From the NCBI RefSeq assembly GCF_006345805.1, contig NW_021827492.1, positions 1-28,121 on the forward strand: a DNA stretch of 28,121 nucleotides. Direction: 5' to 3'. Shown here piece by piece: positions 1 to 9,552 of this stretch. Position numbers and translations under genes: made by a program. Under the pieces are notes generated by a model. That model was not told where the DNA came from, searched no databases, and saw nothing but the letters and a program-made list of their open reading frames with translations. Numbering within the stretch: the first letter of the stretch is position 1; each line of letters starts with the position of its first letter. Source of the DNA: Octopus sinensis (taxonomy: Eukaryota).

Positions 1-207
1 TTATATATAATATGTTTTTATATAAATATATATTTATGCATATTAGTGCACTTATATATGTGTGCATGTATATCAGTTTATATATATCTAGATATGCATA
101 TTTATAGATTGCTGTACACATACACACTCATCTTTATAACCAAATATATATATACATACATTTATTGAAATATAAATTCATCACTCATATACATATACAC
201 TGATACC

Positions 208-238
<31 letters not shown>

Positions 239-244
239 ATATAT

Positions 245-290
<46 letters not shown>

Positions 291-400
291 ACTATATTTA
301 TATATACATATATACCCCATACATGTATATACATATATTTGTGTATATATATGTTATATATGAATGTATGTATGTATATATATATATATTGGTAAAACAG

Positions 401-431
<31 letters not shown>

Positions 432-500
432 ATGTATATATGTGTATGTGTGTGTGTGTGTATATATATATATGTATATATGTATGTATGTATTGATAGA
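1..500. repeat. (TA)n/(TG)n compound microsatellite region
   Basis: Long TA and TG dinucleotide runs are visible directly. Confidence 0.9.
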
Positions 501-540
501 AATTAAAATTTAAGATTAAAGTAAATATGAAGTTGCTGTA

Positions 541-775
541 GGTGTCACTGCTGGCAGTGGTGGAGGTGGTGTTGGCAGTGGTGGTGTGGTGGTGGTGTTG
601 GCAGTGGTGATGATGATGATGATGATGATGATAAGGAGGAGGAGGAGGATGTCGATGGCAATGACTATAACGACAATTATGATGATGATGTCGATGATAA
701 CGGTGATGATGCTGACAATGATGATGATGGTGGTGGCGGTGGTTGTGTTGTAAGCTATGGCGGTGGTGCTGCTGC
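541..775. repeat. GGT/GAT/GGA trinucleotide low-complexity tract
   Basis: Runs of (GGT)n, (GAT)n and (GGA)n. Confidence 0.85.
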
Positions 776-1137
776 TGTCAGATGCTAATAGCCGGAACTC
801 TTCCTGACAAGGGACTGGCTAATGACTATGAAATATAACCGAGGTCGTGGAGAGGAGGTCATGGAGCAGCATCTGAAGAGGGGGGTGGGGGTGGAAGGCA
901 GTGGGAAGCACCTCACCTCCCACCTCCTCCTCATCTCTTTCTTTCTGACCCCGCCCCCACCGCTTCTGCATCCCCACCCACCACTGCCAATGCTGTGAAA
1001 TTATTCATACCTCGGAGAATATGACGTATATATTGGCTTGGCCCTGCTTGTTTGGAGCAGAATTGTGTTTGTGTGTGTGTGTGTGTGTGTGTATTGCTGT
1101 TTGTTATTGTGTACGTGTGTGTGGGTTTGTATGTGTT

Positions 1138-1149
<12 letters not shown>

Positions 1150-1174
<25 letters not shown>

Positions 1175-1700
1175 GTTACTGTTTATGGGTGTGTTTATGC
1201 GTATGCATTTGTATGTGTTTGCCTCTGTGTCTATTCATAGCTGTGTGTATGTGTGTGTGTGTGTGTGTTACTGGTTATGGGTGTGTTTATGTGTTTGCAT
1301 TTGTATGTGTTCGCCTCTGTGTCTATTCATAGCTGTGTGTATGTGTGTGTGTGTGTGTTACTGGTTATGGGTGTGTTTATGTGTTTGCATTTGTATGTGT
1401 TCGCCTCTGTGTCTATTCATAGCTGTGTGTATGTGTGTGTGTGTGTGTGTTACTGGTTATGGGTGTGTTTATGTGTTTGCATTTGTATGTGTTTGCCTCT
1501 GTGTCTATTCATAGCTGTGTGTATGTGTGTGTGTGTGTGCATTACTGGTTATGGGTGTGTTTATGTGTTTGCATTTGTATGTGTTTGCCTCTGTGTCTAT
1601 TCATAGCTGTGTGTATGTGTGTGTGTGTGTGTGTTACTGGTTATGGGTGTGTTTATGTGTTTGCATTTGTATGTGTTCGCCTCTGTGTCTATTCATAGCT
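1150..1700. repeat. ~92-bp minisatellite, 6 copies, built around (GT)n
   Basis: Marker ATTCATAG ends at 1240, 1332, 1422, 1514, 1606 and 1698 (spacing 92, 90, 92, 92, 92). Unit is (GT)n-TACTGGTTATGGGTGTGTTTATGTGTTTGCATTTGTATGTGTTYGCCTCTGTGTCTATTCATAGCTGTGTGTAT. Confidence 0.95.
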
Positions 1701-2429
1701 GCGTGTATGCATGTGTGTGTGTGTGTGCATATGTTTGAATGTATATGTTTATACGCCTGCATGTATGCCTGTATCTATATGACTAATAATGTGAGTCTGC
1801 ATGCATATGATCGTATGCTTACATTATATATGTGAGTGCATGCATGAGGATGCAGGTGTGTGTGTGTGTGTGTGTGTGTGTGCATGTAGATTAACTCTGT
1901 CCTCTCTCAATTAATACATTAAACATTAGAGACACATGATTATCTTCTGGTCTGCTTTTTCATATTTATTGCTCTGTGTCAGACTTAATAATTCACACAC
2001 ACATCCATTTCTATATATGTCTATATACATATATATGTATATATGTATGTTTATGTAGAAAAACATCCACACTGATACATATGTATTTTATATGCATAAA
2101 TATATATATATGCCTATATATGTGTGTGTGTGTATACATAGGTACATATATATATATATTTATGCATATAGTATACATAAATGCACACATGCACAACACA
2201 CACAATTTCCCCAAGGAACTTTGACAAATCCTACTTAACACTGCAAGTAAAAGTAAAAATAGTGAGAGGAAAAAACCCCCAAAAAGCTGACCACTTCAAC
2301 AGGAAGGTTACACTCAATGTACTTGGAACAAAAAAAAAAAAAACCACAAACAAAATAAAAGACAATGTCCTTCAATGTGGTACCAAGAAATATATGTCAT
2401 GTCACTATGAGTGTTATCTACGTTCAGTC

Positions 2430-2710
2430 CAGGGGCAGGATATCTTCAGTGATGATTGTCATCCCGAAAACCTGATGGTCTTGATTTGTCAGACTGTTAA
2501 GGCAGGCCACCTGGGTTGCATGGTGTATAAATGACTGACATCAAGGTATTGGCCCGAAAAGACCATTGCAGGGTCACCTCATTTACAGCTGAGTGGACTG
2601 GAGCAACATGGAGTAAGGTGTTTTTGCTCAAGAAAACAATGCACTGCTTCAGGAATTGAAACCATGATCTTGAAGTCATGAATGCAAAACCCTAACCATT
2701 GGGCCACACA
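2430..2710 (-). mobile_element. tRNA-derived SINE, decayed (family shared with 21800-22035)
   Basis: Minus-strand A box TGGCCCAATGG (2696-2706) and B box GTTTCAATTCC (2652-2662). Body TTCTTGAGCAAAAACAC...GTTGCTCCAGTCCACTCAGCTG is similar to 21900-21960. Left end uncertain. Confidence 0.7.
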
Positions 2711-2751
2711 CATTCACTAATGGACAGTTGTTACCTTCTGCATCTGTTGTC

Positions 2752-2797
2752 TCTTGTTTCATCACTGGACTATGGCCATGCTGGGCAGCACTGCCTT
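2752..2797 (-). mobile_element. 3' tail fragment of CORE-like SINE family
   Basis: TCTTGTTTCATCACTGGACTATGGCCATGCTGGGCAGCAC resembles the reverse complement of the tail at 15170-15229. Confidence 0.55.
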
Positions 2798-2809
2798 GAG
2801 GAATTTTAA

Positions 2810-2965
2810 TGCTAAGAAGGGCATCCCGCTGTAAAAATCCTGCCAAAACAGTCACACAAGACTGGTGCAGGCTTCGGGCCTGGCTGGCTCTGGTGGTACC
2901 ATCTCACCCATGCTAGCATGGAACTCAGACGTTAAAATGTTAATGATGATGATGATGATGATGTG
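2810..2965 (+). mobile_element. RTE LINE 3'-UTR-only copy with (GAT)n tail
   Basis: AAGAAGGGCATCCCGCTGTAAAA...ACCCATGCTAGCATGGAA...GTTAAA followed by (GAT)n; homologous to the UTR at 7138-7450. Confidence 0.75.
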
Positions 2966-3106
2966 ATGAATCAATCCCAATAATCAATGTGTTTTTAAGC
3001 ATGGTCCTTATTCTGTCAAACTCTTATGCCAAATTGCCAAGTTATAGGGACATAAATACACCAACACCAGTTATCAAGTGATGAAGGGGTACAAAAACAG
3101 ACACAA

Positions 3107-3149
<43 letters not shown>

Positions 3150-3150
3150 A

Positions 3151-3352
3151 TGGGAAAGTTTACGAAAATAAACAAAAGACGAAGGCAGGTGGAGTACAAA
3201 CAAACAAATGTATTAGTATAGCGCTCAGGAATAGAAATAGTAAAAGTCTTTTACGTTTTGAGCCTACGCTCTCGACAGAAAGATACACAGAAAAAACAAG
3301 GAGAGAAATAAGGAGAGAAAAAATGTGTGTAGGAGCTAACGATCTATCATGG
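3151..3352 (-). mobile_element. (TA)n-anchored short repeat carrying a hammerhead-like motif, copy A (putative Penelope-like or retrozyme-like non-autonomous element)
   Basis: Aligns by eye along its length with 5636-5795 and 16615-16809; abuts (TA)n at the same end in all copies. Confidence 0.8.
3247..3283 (-). ncRNA. Minimal type I hammerhead-like motif, degenerate (G12A)
   Basis: Minus strand UCUUU-CUGUCGA-GAGC(GUAG)GCUC-AAAA-C-GUA-AAAGA. Stem I is a perfect 5 bp and stem II is 4 bp; GAAA is mutated to AAAA. Confidence 0.55.
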
Positions 3353-4201
3353 CGATCTATCATATATATATCATATATATATATATAAATAGATGAGTGT
3401 ACTTTTCCCTTGTTAACAATTAACACGGAAAAAATAGACATATATATACATGTGACTGCTGCCACCGCCTATATCACCTTCACAACATTCACCATCACAA
3501 CCACTGTACTCACCATTACCAAAAGAACTACAACCACAACTACCACCAAAACCTTTACAATCATCATACCACCACCACCACCACTGCTATCACCTACACC
3601 ACCATCACCTTCACCCCATCCTCCACCATACATTAACAGCAAGTGATGTTATATTTATTCATTTTTAATTATTTTTTTATTTAACTTTTGTCTTTATCTC
3701 TGACTGACCCCCCAAATGTGTGGACATGATTGACCAAAATCAGTCCCTTATTTTCCCATTTCCTCCCCCTGCGCTCTACCTGCCCCACCCCACCACCTAC
3801 CATCCCTCTCCTCCTCCTCCCTCCTCCATCCCCCTGTCACTCTCCCCTTTTTTCTCCTCTCCTCCCATCGTCTCTCTCTCTCTCTCTCTCTCTCTGTTCG
3901 CTCCCTTTCCTTTTCTCTCTCCCCTTCCCCTCTGTCTCCGCTCTCCTTCACCCCCCCAAATAATAACAAAATATTATTACAATGAAAATCAAATTATTCA
4001 AAGCCCACCAACCCCTTCTCATCCTCCAAGAACAACAGCAGCATAAACAATTTGAAGCAATCTCAGATTAGAGTTGTGGCATTTTTGCATTTTGTAAATT
4101 CTCTTCCATTTTCTGGGGTTTTTTTTTGTTTGCTTTTTTTCTTTCTTTGTTGAAGTTAAATGAGAAAGAGAAAGAAAGATTGAAAATTGAATTGAGGAGA
4201 G

Positions 4202-4211
4202 ATTCTGTGAG

Positions 4212-4249
<38 letters not shown>

Positions 4250-4316
4250 GGGGTAGAAGCGAGAGTGAAAGAGCGACAGACAAATATAGACAGAATAAAG
4301 ACAGAGTAAAAACACG

Positions 4317-4348
<32 letters not shown>

Positions 4349-4670
4349 GAGAAAGAAAGAGAGAGAGAGAGAGAGAGATTCTGTGAGAAAGAAAGAGGGA
4401 GAGAGAGAGAAAGAGAAGGGGTAGAAGCGAGAGTGAAAGAGCGACAGACAAATATAGACAGAATAAAGACAGAGTAAAAACACGGAGAGAGAGAGAGAGA
4501 GGGAGAGAGAGAAAGAGAAAAGAAAAGAGAGAGAAATTCTGTGAGAAAGAAAGAGGGAGAGAGAGAGAAAGAGAAGGGGTAGAAGCGAGAGTGAAAGAGT
4601 GACAGACAAATATAGACAGAATAAAGACAGAGTAAAAACACGGAGAGAGAGAGAGAGAGAGAGAGAGAAA
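4202..4670. repeat. Tandem triplication of a ~158-176 bp GA-rich unit
   Basis: ATTCTGTGAGAAAG starts at 4202, 4378 and 4536. Constant core GAAGGGGTAGAAGCGAGAGTGAAAGAGYGACAGACAAATATAGACAGAATAAAGACAGAGTAAAAACACGG; length varies only in the (GA)n parts. Confidence 0.95.
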
Positions 4671-4950
4671 GAAGAAAAAGCGAGAAAGAGAAAGAGCCAG
4701 AGAGACACTGTAAAACAAGGGTGAAATAGGTAGACAGATAAAGTAAGAGGAAGCAGAAAAGAGAGAAAAGGGTTAGATAGGTAAATAGGTAGATAAAGAG
4801 AAAAAGAGAGTTAGATAGACAGAAAGATAGATAAACAGACAGACATATACATAGATATACAGAAGGAGAAAGAGAGAGAGAGTGGCAAAAAATTTCAAGC
4901 AAAGAGTGTGAGAAATAATACAGACACATGAACACATTCACATAAACACA

Positions 4951-5000
4951 TAAATACAGACGTTTCAGCTTGCTTACCTTCATCAGACTATGCTTTATTT
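4951..5000 (-). ncRNA. Minimal type I hammerhead motif with canonical core and damaged stem I (Penelope-like terminus remnant)
   Basis: Minus strand CUGAUGA (4986-4980)-A-GGU(AAGCAA)GCU-GAAA (4966-4963)-C-GUC (4961-4959). Stem I AUAGU/(AC)UGU pairs only if 2 nt were deleted after the cleavage triplet. Confidence 0.55.
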
Positions 5001-5388
5001 GTGGAGGCGCAATGGCCCAGTGGTTAGGGCAGCGGACTCGCGGTCATAGGATCGCGGTTTCGATTCCCAGACCGGGCGTTGTGAGTATTTATTGAGCGAA
5101 AACACCTAAAAGCTCCACGAGGCTCTGGCAGGGGATGGTGGTGATCCCTGCTGTACTCTTTCACCACAACTTTCTCTCACTCTTACTTCCTGTTTCTGTT
5201 GTACCTGTATTACAAAGGGCCGGCCTTGTCACTCTCTGTGTCACGCTGAATATCCCCGAGAACTACGCTAAGGGTACACGTGTCTGTGGAGTGCTCAGCC
5301 ACTTACACGTTAATTTCACGAGCAGGCTGTTCCGTTGATTCGGATCAACCTGAACTCTCATCGTTGTAACCGACGGAGTGCTTCCACC
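5001..5388 (+). mobile_element. Apparently full-length tRNA-derived SINE with 11-bp TSD
   Basis: A box TGGCCCAGTGG (5013-5023) and B box GTTTCGATTCC (5057-5067). TSD ATGCTTTATTT at 4990-5000 and 5389-5399. CpG-rich, so probably young. Resembles octopus OR-type SINEs as recalled, unverified. Confidence 0.9.
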
Positions 5389-5635
5389 ATGCTTTATTTA
5401 GCAAATTAATATTTAGGGCTTGATGGAAGAATGTGGATTGATAATTAGTTCAGGTATGGTTAGGTTAGGGAAGCAGTTATATAGGAAGAGAAGACAGAGA
5501 AGGATAGCGGAGGATAGGAAGTAAATATGCCTTTGGGCTGAAAGAAAGTTATTGTGAGGAGAGTTTATTTGGTTTGGGAGAGGAATTTCATTGCACATGC
5601 ACTCACATTTATTTTGCATGTATATATATATATAT

Positions 5636-5795
5636 ACACATTTTTCTCTCTCCTTGTTTTTTTCTGTGTCCCTTTCTGTAGAAGAGCGTAGGCTCGAAAC
5701 GTAAAAGACTTTTTCTATTCCTGAGCGTTATATTAATACATCTGTTTGTTTTGTACACCACCTGTCTTCGTCTTTTGTTTTTTGTAAACTCTCCC
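5636..5795 (+). mobile_element. (TA)n-anchored hammerhead-bearing short repeat, copy B
   Basis: Reverse-complement homolog of 3151-3352, shorter at the 5' end, with (TA)n on both sides. Confidence 0.8.
5671..5708 (+). ncRNA. Minimal type I hammerhead-like motif with non-canonical CUGUAGA core
   Basis: CCUUU-CUGUAGA-A-GAGC(GUAG)GCUC-GAAA-C-GUA^AAAGA. Stem I 4 bp, stem II 4 bp, palindromic ACGU in place of stem III. Confidence 0.6.
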
Positions 5796-5823
5796 TATAT
5801 ATAATATTATATTATGTAATAAC

Positions 5824-5864
<41 letters not shown>

Positions 5865-5902
5865 ATATATATATAGATATATATATATATAATATTATAT
5901 AT

Positions 5903-5943
<41 letters not shown>

Positions 5944-6195
5944 CATGTATAAAGTGTGTATGTGTGTGTGTGATGGAGGCAGTGTTCAGCATCTTACAGT
6001 TTGCAGTTTGTTTTTCTTAGAATAAACCATTTTATATTTGTTATTTTTTAGGTAAACTTGCATTAATCTCGTTCCATGTAACAAACATCATCAGAATGGT
6101 TTGAACTTTACCAGAGGAATATTGACAGGAGATCAAAGGTTGGCAGGAGAAAGAAAAAGAAAAAAAGAAAAGGTTCATTAGGTCTTTAGGCTTAC

Positions 6196-6300
6196 ATTTT
6201 TGCATCCTTAAAAGATGGTACGTGTGTGTATAGTTGCTTCAAGTAGATGAAATAGTAAAAATGGAGCAAAAATGTAATAGAGGAGAATAAAACATCCGGA
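6196..6300 (-). other. Candidate 105-nt internal exon (unidentified gene)
   Basis: Minus strand: branch-like CTAAC (6344-6340), AG-free pyrimidine tract, CAG at 6303-6301, and donor AAT|GTAAGC at 6195. One open frame (PDVLFSSITFLLHFYYFIYLKQLYTHVPSFKDAK). No recognised homology. Confidence 0.25.
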
Positions 6301-6463
6301 CTGAGAGAGACAATACAAAGGCAGAAAGGAAAAACAACAGTTAGAGGGACAGGAACAAAAGGATGTGTCATTCGTGGCCTTCTTTCATCAGTCAAGTTTC
6401 CAGATGTCCTTACAGTTTCGGGCAGTTACACTTGAGACTTATGTATATATAAATGTATATATA

Positions 6464-6760
6464 TCATCATCATCATCATCATCATCATCGTTTAACGTCC
6501 ACTTTCCATGTTAGCATGGGTTGGACGATTTGACTGAGGACTGGTAAACCAGATGGCTGCACTAGGCTCCAATCTGATCTGGCAAAGTTTCTACAGCTGG
6601 AGGCCCTTCCTAACGCCAACCACTCTGAGAGTGAAGTGGGTGTTTTTACGTGCCACTGGCATGAGGGCCAGTCAGGCAGTATTGGCAATGGTCATGCTCA
6701 AGTGCTGTTTTTTACACCACTGCACAGGAGCCAGTCCAGTAGCACTGGCAACGACCTCGC
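6464..6760 (-). mobile_element. RTE LINE 3'-UTR-only copy with (GAT)n tail
   Basis: (CAT)n-CGTTTAACGTCCACTTTCCATGTTAGCATGGGTTGG...CTACAGCTGGAGGCCCTTCCTAACGCCAACCACT... Confidence 0.85.
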
Positions 6761-6790
6761 TTTTATATATATATATGCACATATATAATA

Positions 6791-6843
<53 letters not shown>

Positions 6844-7137
6844 CTTACTAATATATACATATATATATAAATCTATCTATATACAACACATATATACATA
6901 TATATATATGTATGTTATACATATATATGTGTATGTATATATATATATAACTATAGGTATTTGTACATATATCTTCATCATTTAAGTCCATTTTCCATGT
7001 ATGTTATAAATATATGCACGCACATACATACGAATGTTTATCAGTCTATCTGTCAAACTATTTATCTGTCTGTCTGTCTATCTATCAATCTATACATGCA
7101 TATATACATACATACACATATACGACATACATACATA

Positions 7138-7809
7138 TCATCATCATCATCATCATCATCTAACAGCCATTTTCCATGCTGGCATGGGTTGGCTGCTTTA
7201 ACAGGAGCTGGCCAGCTGAAGGGCTGCCCAGGCTTCACGCCTGTTTTGGAATGGTCTCTATGGCTGGATGCCCTTCTCAACACCAACCACTTTACAGGGT
7301 GCATTAGGTGGTACCAGCAGGGATGCATTAATCTGGCACCCGTATGGTTGCTTTTTACATGTCATCAGAACCTACGAGCCCACAAGATCCGGAATGCTGA
7401 GCTGGAGAGGAATGCAAGGGCCAAGCCTGTATGCAAGGACAACTAAAATTTTACTTAGCTTGACATGTCTTTTCAAGCACAGCAAGCTACCAGGATTCTC
7501 AGTCCCCTATCATCCCCTCTGTGAGTCCGAATGTCTGTAAATCCTTCCTCACCACTTTGTCCCACATCTTCCTGGGTCCACCTCTTCCACGTGTTCCCTC
7601 TACAATTAGAGACTGGCACCTCTTGATGCAACTGTCTTCCTTCATACGCATTACATGGTGTACCAGTGCAGCCTTCTCTCTTGAACATTACATCTGATGC
7701 CTCATGTATCCAGTTTGTCTCTCAAATGACTTACAGTCTGTCATACATGCACACTGCCATTGGCCATCCAGTGGAGCATACTGGCTTCATTGCTTTCAAG
7801 CCTTTGCAT
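7138..7809 (-). mobile_element. 5'-truncated RTE-clade LINE (family 1): ORF2 C-terminus pseudogene, 3' UTR and (GAT)n tail
   Basis: My translation is MQRLESNEASMLHWM..VQERRLHWY/HVMRMKEDSCIKRCQSLIVEGTRGRGGPRKMWDKVVRKDL..LEKTCQAK* (TAA at 7453-7451), with one frameshift and several in-frame stops. It shows the RTE-type W-GHVxR and RGRPRxxW motifs. Confidence 0.9.
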
Positions 7810-7889
7810 ACAACACACACACACACACACACATGTGTATATACATAAGTGATTTATCGACTACCCCTAAGGAATTTTCTAATCCACTA

Positions 7890-7914
7890 TCCTGATGATG
7901 ATGATAATAATAAT

Positions 7915-7956
<42 letters not shown>

Positions 7957-8101
7957 AATAATAATAAAAAATAACAATAATAACAATAATAATAATAACA
8001 ACAATAATAATAATAATGATAATAATGATGATGATGATGATGATGATAATGATGATGATGATGATGATGATTGATGATGATGATGATGATGATGATTGAT
8101 G

Positions 8102-8135
<34 letters not shown>

Positions 8136-8386
8136 TAATAATAATAATAATAATGAAATTATAATTACAGTGGAATAGATTTCCTTTGATGCAATCAAAA
8201 TATCATTAATGACGGTGATGATTTCTTTTGATGATAGTGATAATAAATATAAATGATTAAAACCATTTATTATTTCTATTATCATTATTATTGTAGTTGC
8301 TGTTGTTGTTGTTATTACATTTATTATTATTTATATTTTACTTGTAATTATAAAAACAAGGATCTTATGATCCACTGGGATTCATG

Positions 8387-8427
<41 letters not shown>

Positions 8428-8488
8428 CACCACCACCACCACCACCACCACCACCATCACCACCACCACCACCACCACCACCACCACC

Positions 8489-8545
<57 letters not shown>

Positions 8546-8860
8546 GTTTCTGATCTTACTAATAATAAAAACAAAAGATATACTCCTAATACTACCACTG
8601 CTGATTAAAATAATGATGCTTGTTTTGACAATGATGATGATGATGATAACAACGATGACAATTATGATGATGATGATGATGAAAATTAGAAAATTGTGAT
8701 GTTTGTAATATTGGTGATGAGGATGCTGCTGCTGCTGATGATGATGATCAAAAGAAATCACAGAAACAACAACAACCGCAGTTGTCACAACAACAATTAC
8801 AGCAATAGCCAATACAAGCACAATAATAATAATAATAACAACAACAACATATCTAAGCAC
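7890..8860. repeat. Compound trinucleotide microsatellite block (AAC, AAT, GAT, ACT, ACC)
   Basis: Successive pure runs, including an (ACT)n-(ACC)n-(ACT)n sandwich at about 8387-8545. Confidence 0.9.
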
Positions 8861-9132
8861 AGGACATGGCTGTGTGGTCACATCATGTTTTTGGCTAAAA
8901 AAAGACCAACCAATTGAATAAGTGCCAGGCATAGGACAAAAACATGAACAACAAAAAAAACCCCAATAAAATACCTCATCAATTTCCATTAGTCTTCTAC
9001 AAACCAAAGAGGAATCACATTCGGGCAGATTGTCTGCTGGTTCTTTAGGGTATTCTATGGTAAAGCTGTCTTTGTTTCATTGAAAAGGAGTAGAGATAGG
9101 AGTGAATGGAAGTTTGTTGAGATGATAGGTGG

Positions 9133-9163
<31 letters not shown>

Positions 9164-9513
9164 TCAGGGTGGGTAGATTGTTGTAACACTCAACAATAAC
9201 AGCAACAACAAGAAAATGAAACCTCCCCCCACCCTTCTCTCTTTCTCACTCTATAATCTGTTCCCTTATTTCTTTTTTCACTTTTTCTTTTCGTGTTCCC
9301 CTCTCACCCAGGAAGGGTGGAGGATATGATCTGCTCTACTCTGGGTGATGTTTCTGTGTTGGTGAACTTTTTAGGTTTTTTGTGCATAAGCTTGTATAGG
9401 CTGTATTGCCTGGTATGTGGTGTGAAGGAGTACAATCTAGGCCCACCCCAGGGGGATCACATGCTCTCACTATATCATCAGTGTATATCCTTAAACATAT
9501 CCTTAAAAAATGT

Positions 9514-9552
9514 TTTAGCCCGAAGGCCGCGGCCATGCTGGGGCACCACCGC
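9514..9552 (-). mobile_element. 3' tail fragment of CORE-like SINE family
   Basis: GGCCGCGGCCATGCTGGGGCACCACC matches the reverse complement of the family tail. Confidence 0.55.

Noticed and set aside
4972-4980. Strong splice donor AAG|GTAAGC on the minus strand
   Set aside because: No good upstream acceptor, and the sequence is better explained as stem II of the hammerhead motif.
5003-5076. Possible tRNA gene
   Set aside because: A and B boxes are present, but the acceptor stem cannot pair and the sequence continues into a ~390-bp body bounded by a TSD, so it is a SINE head.
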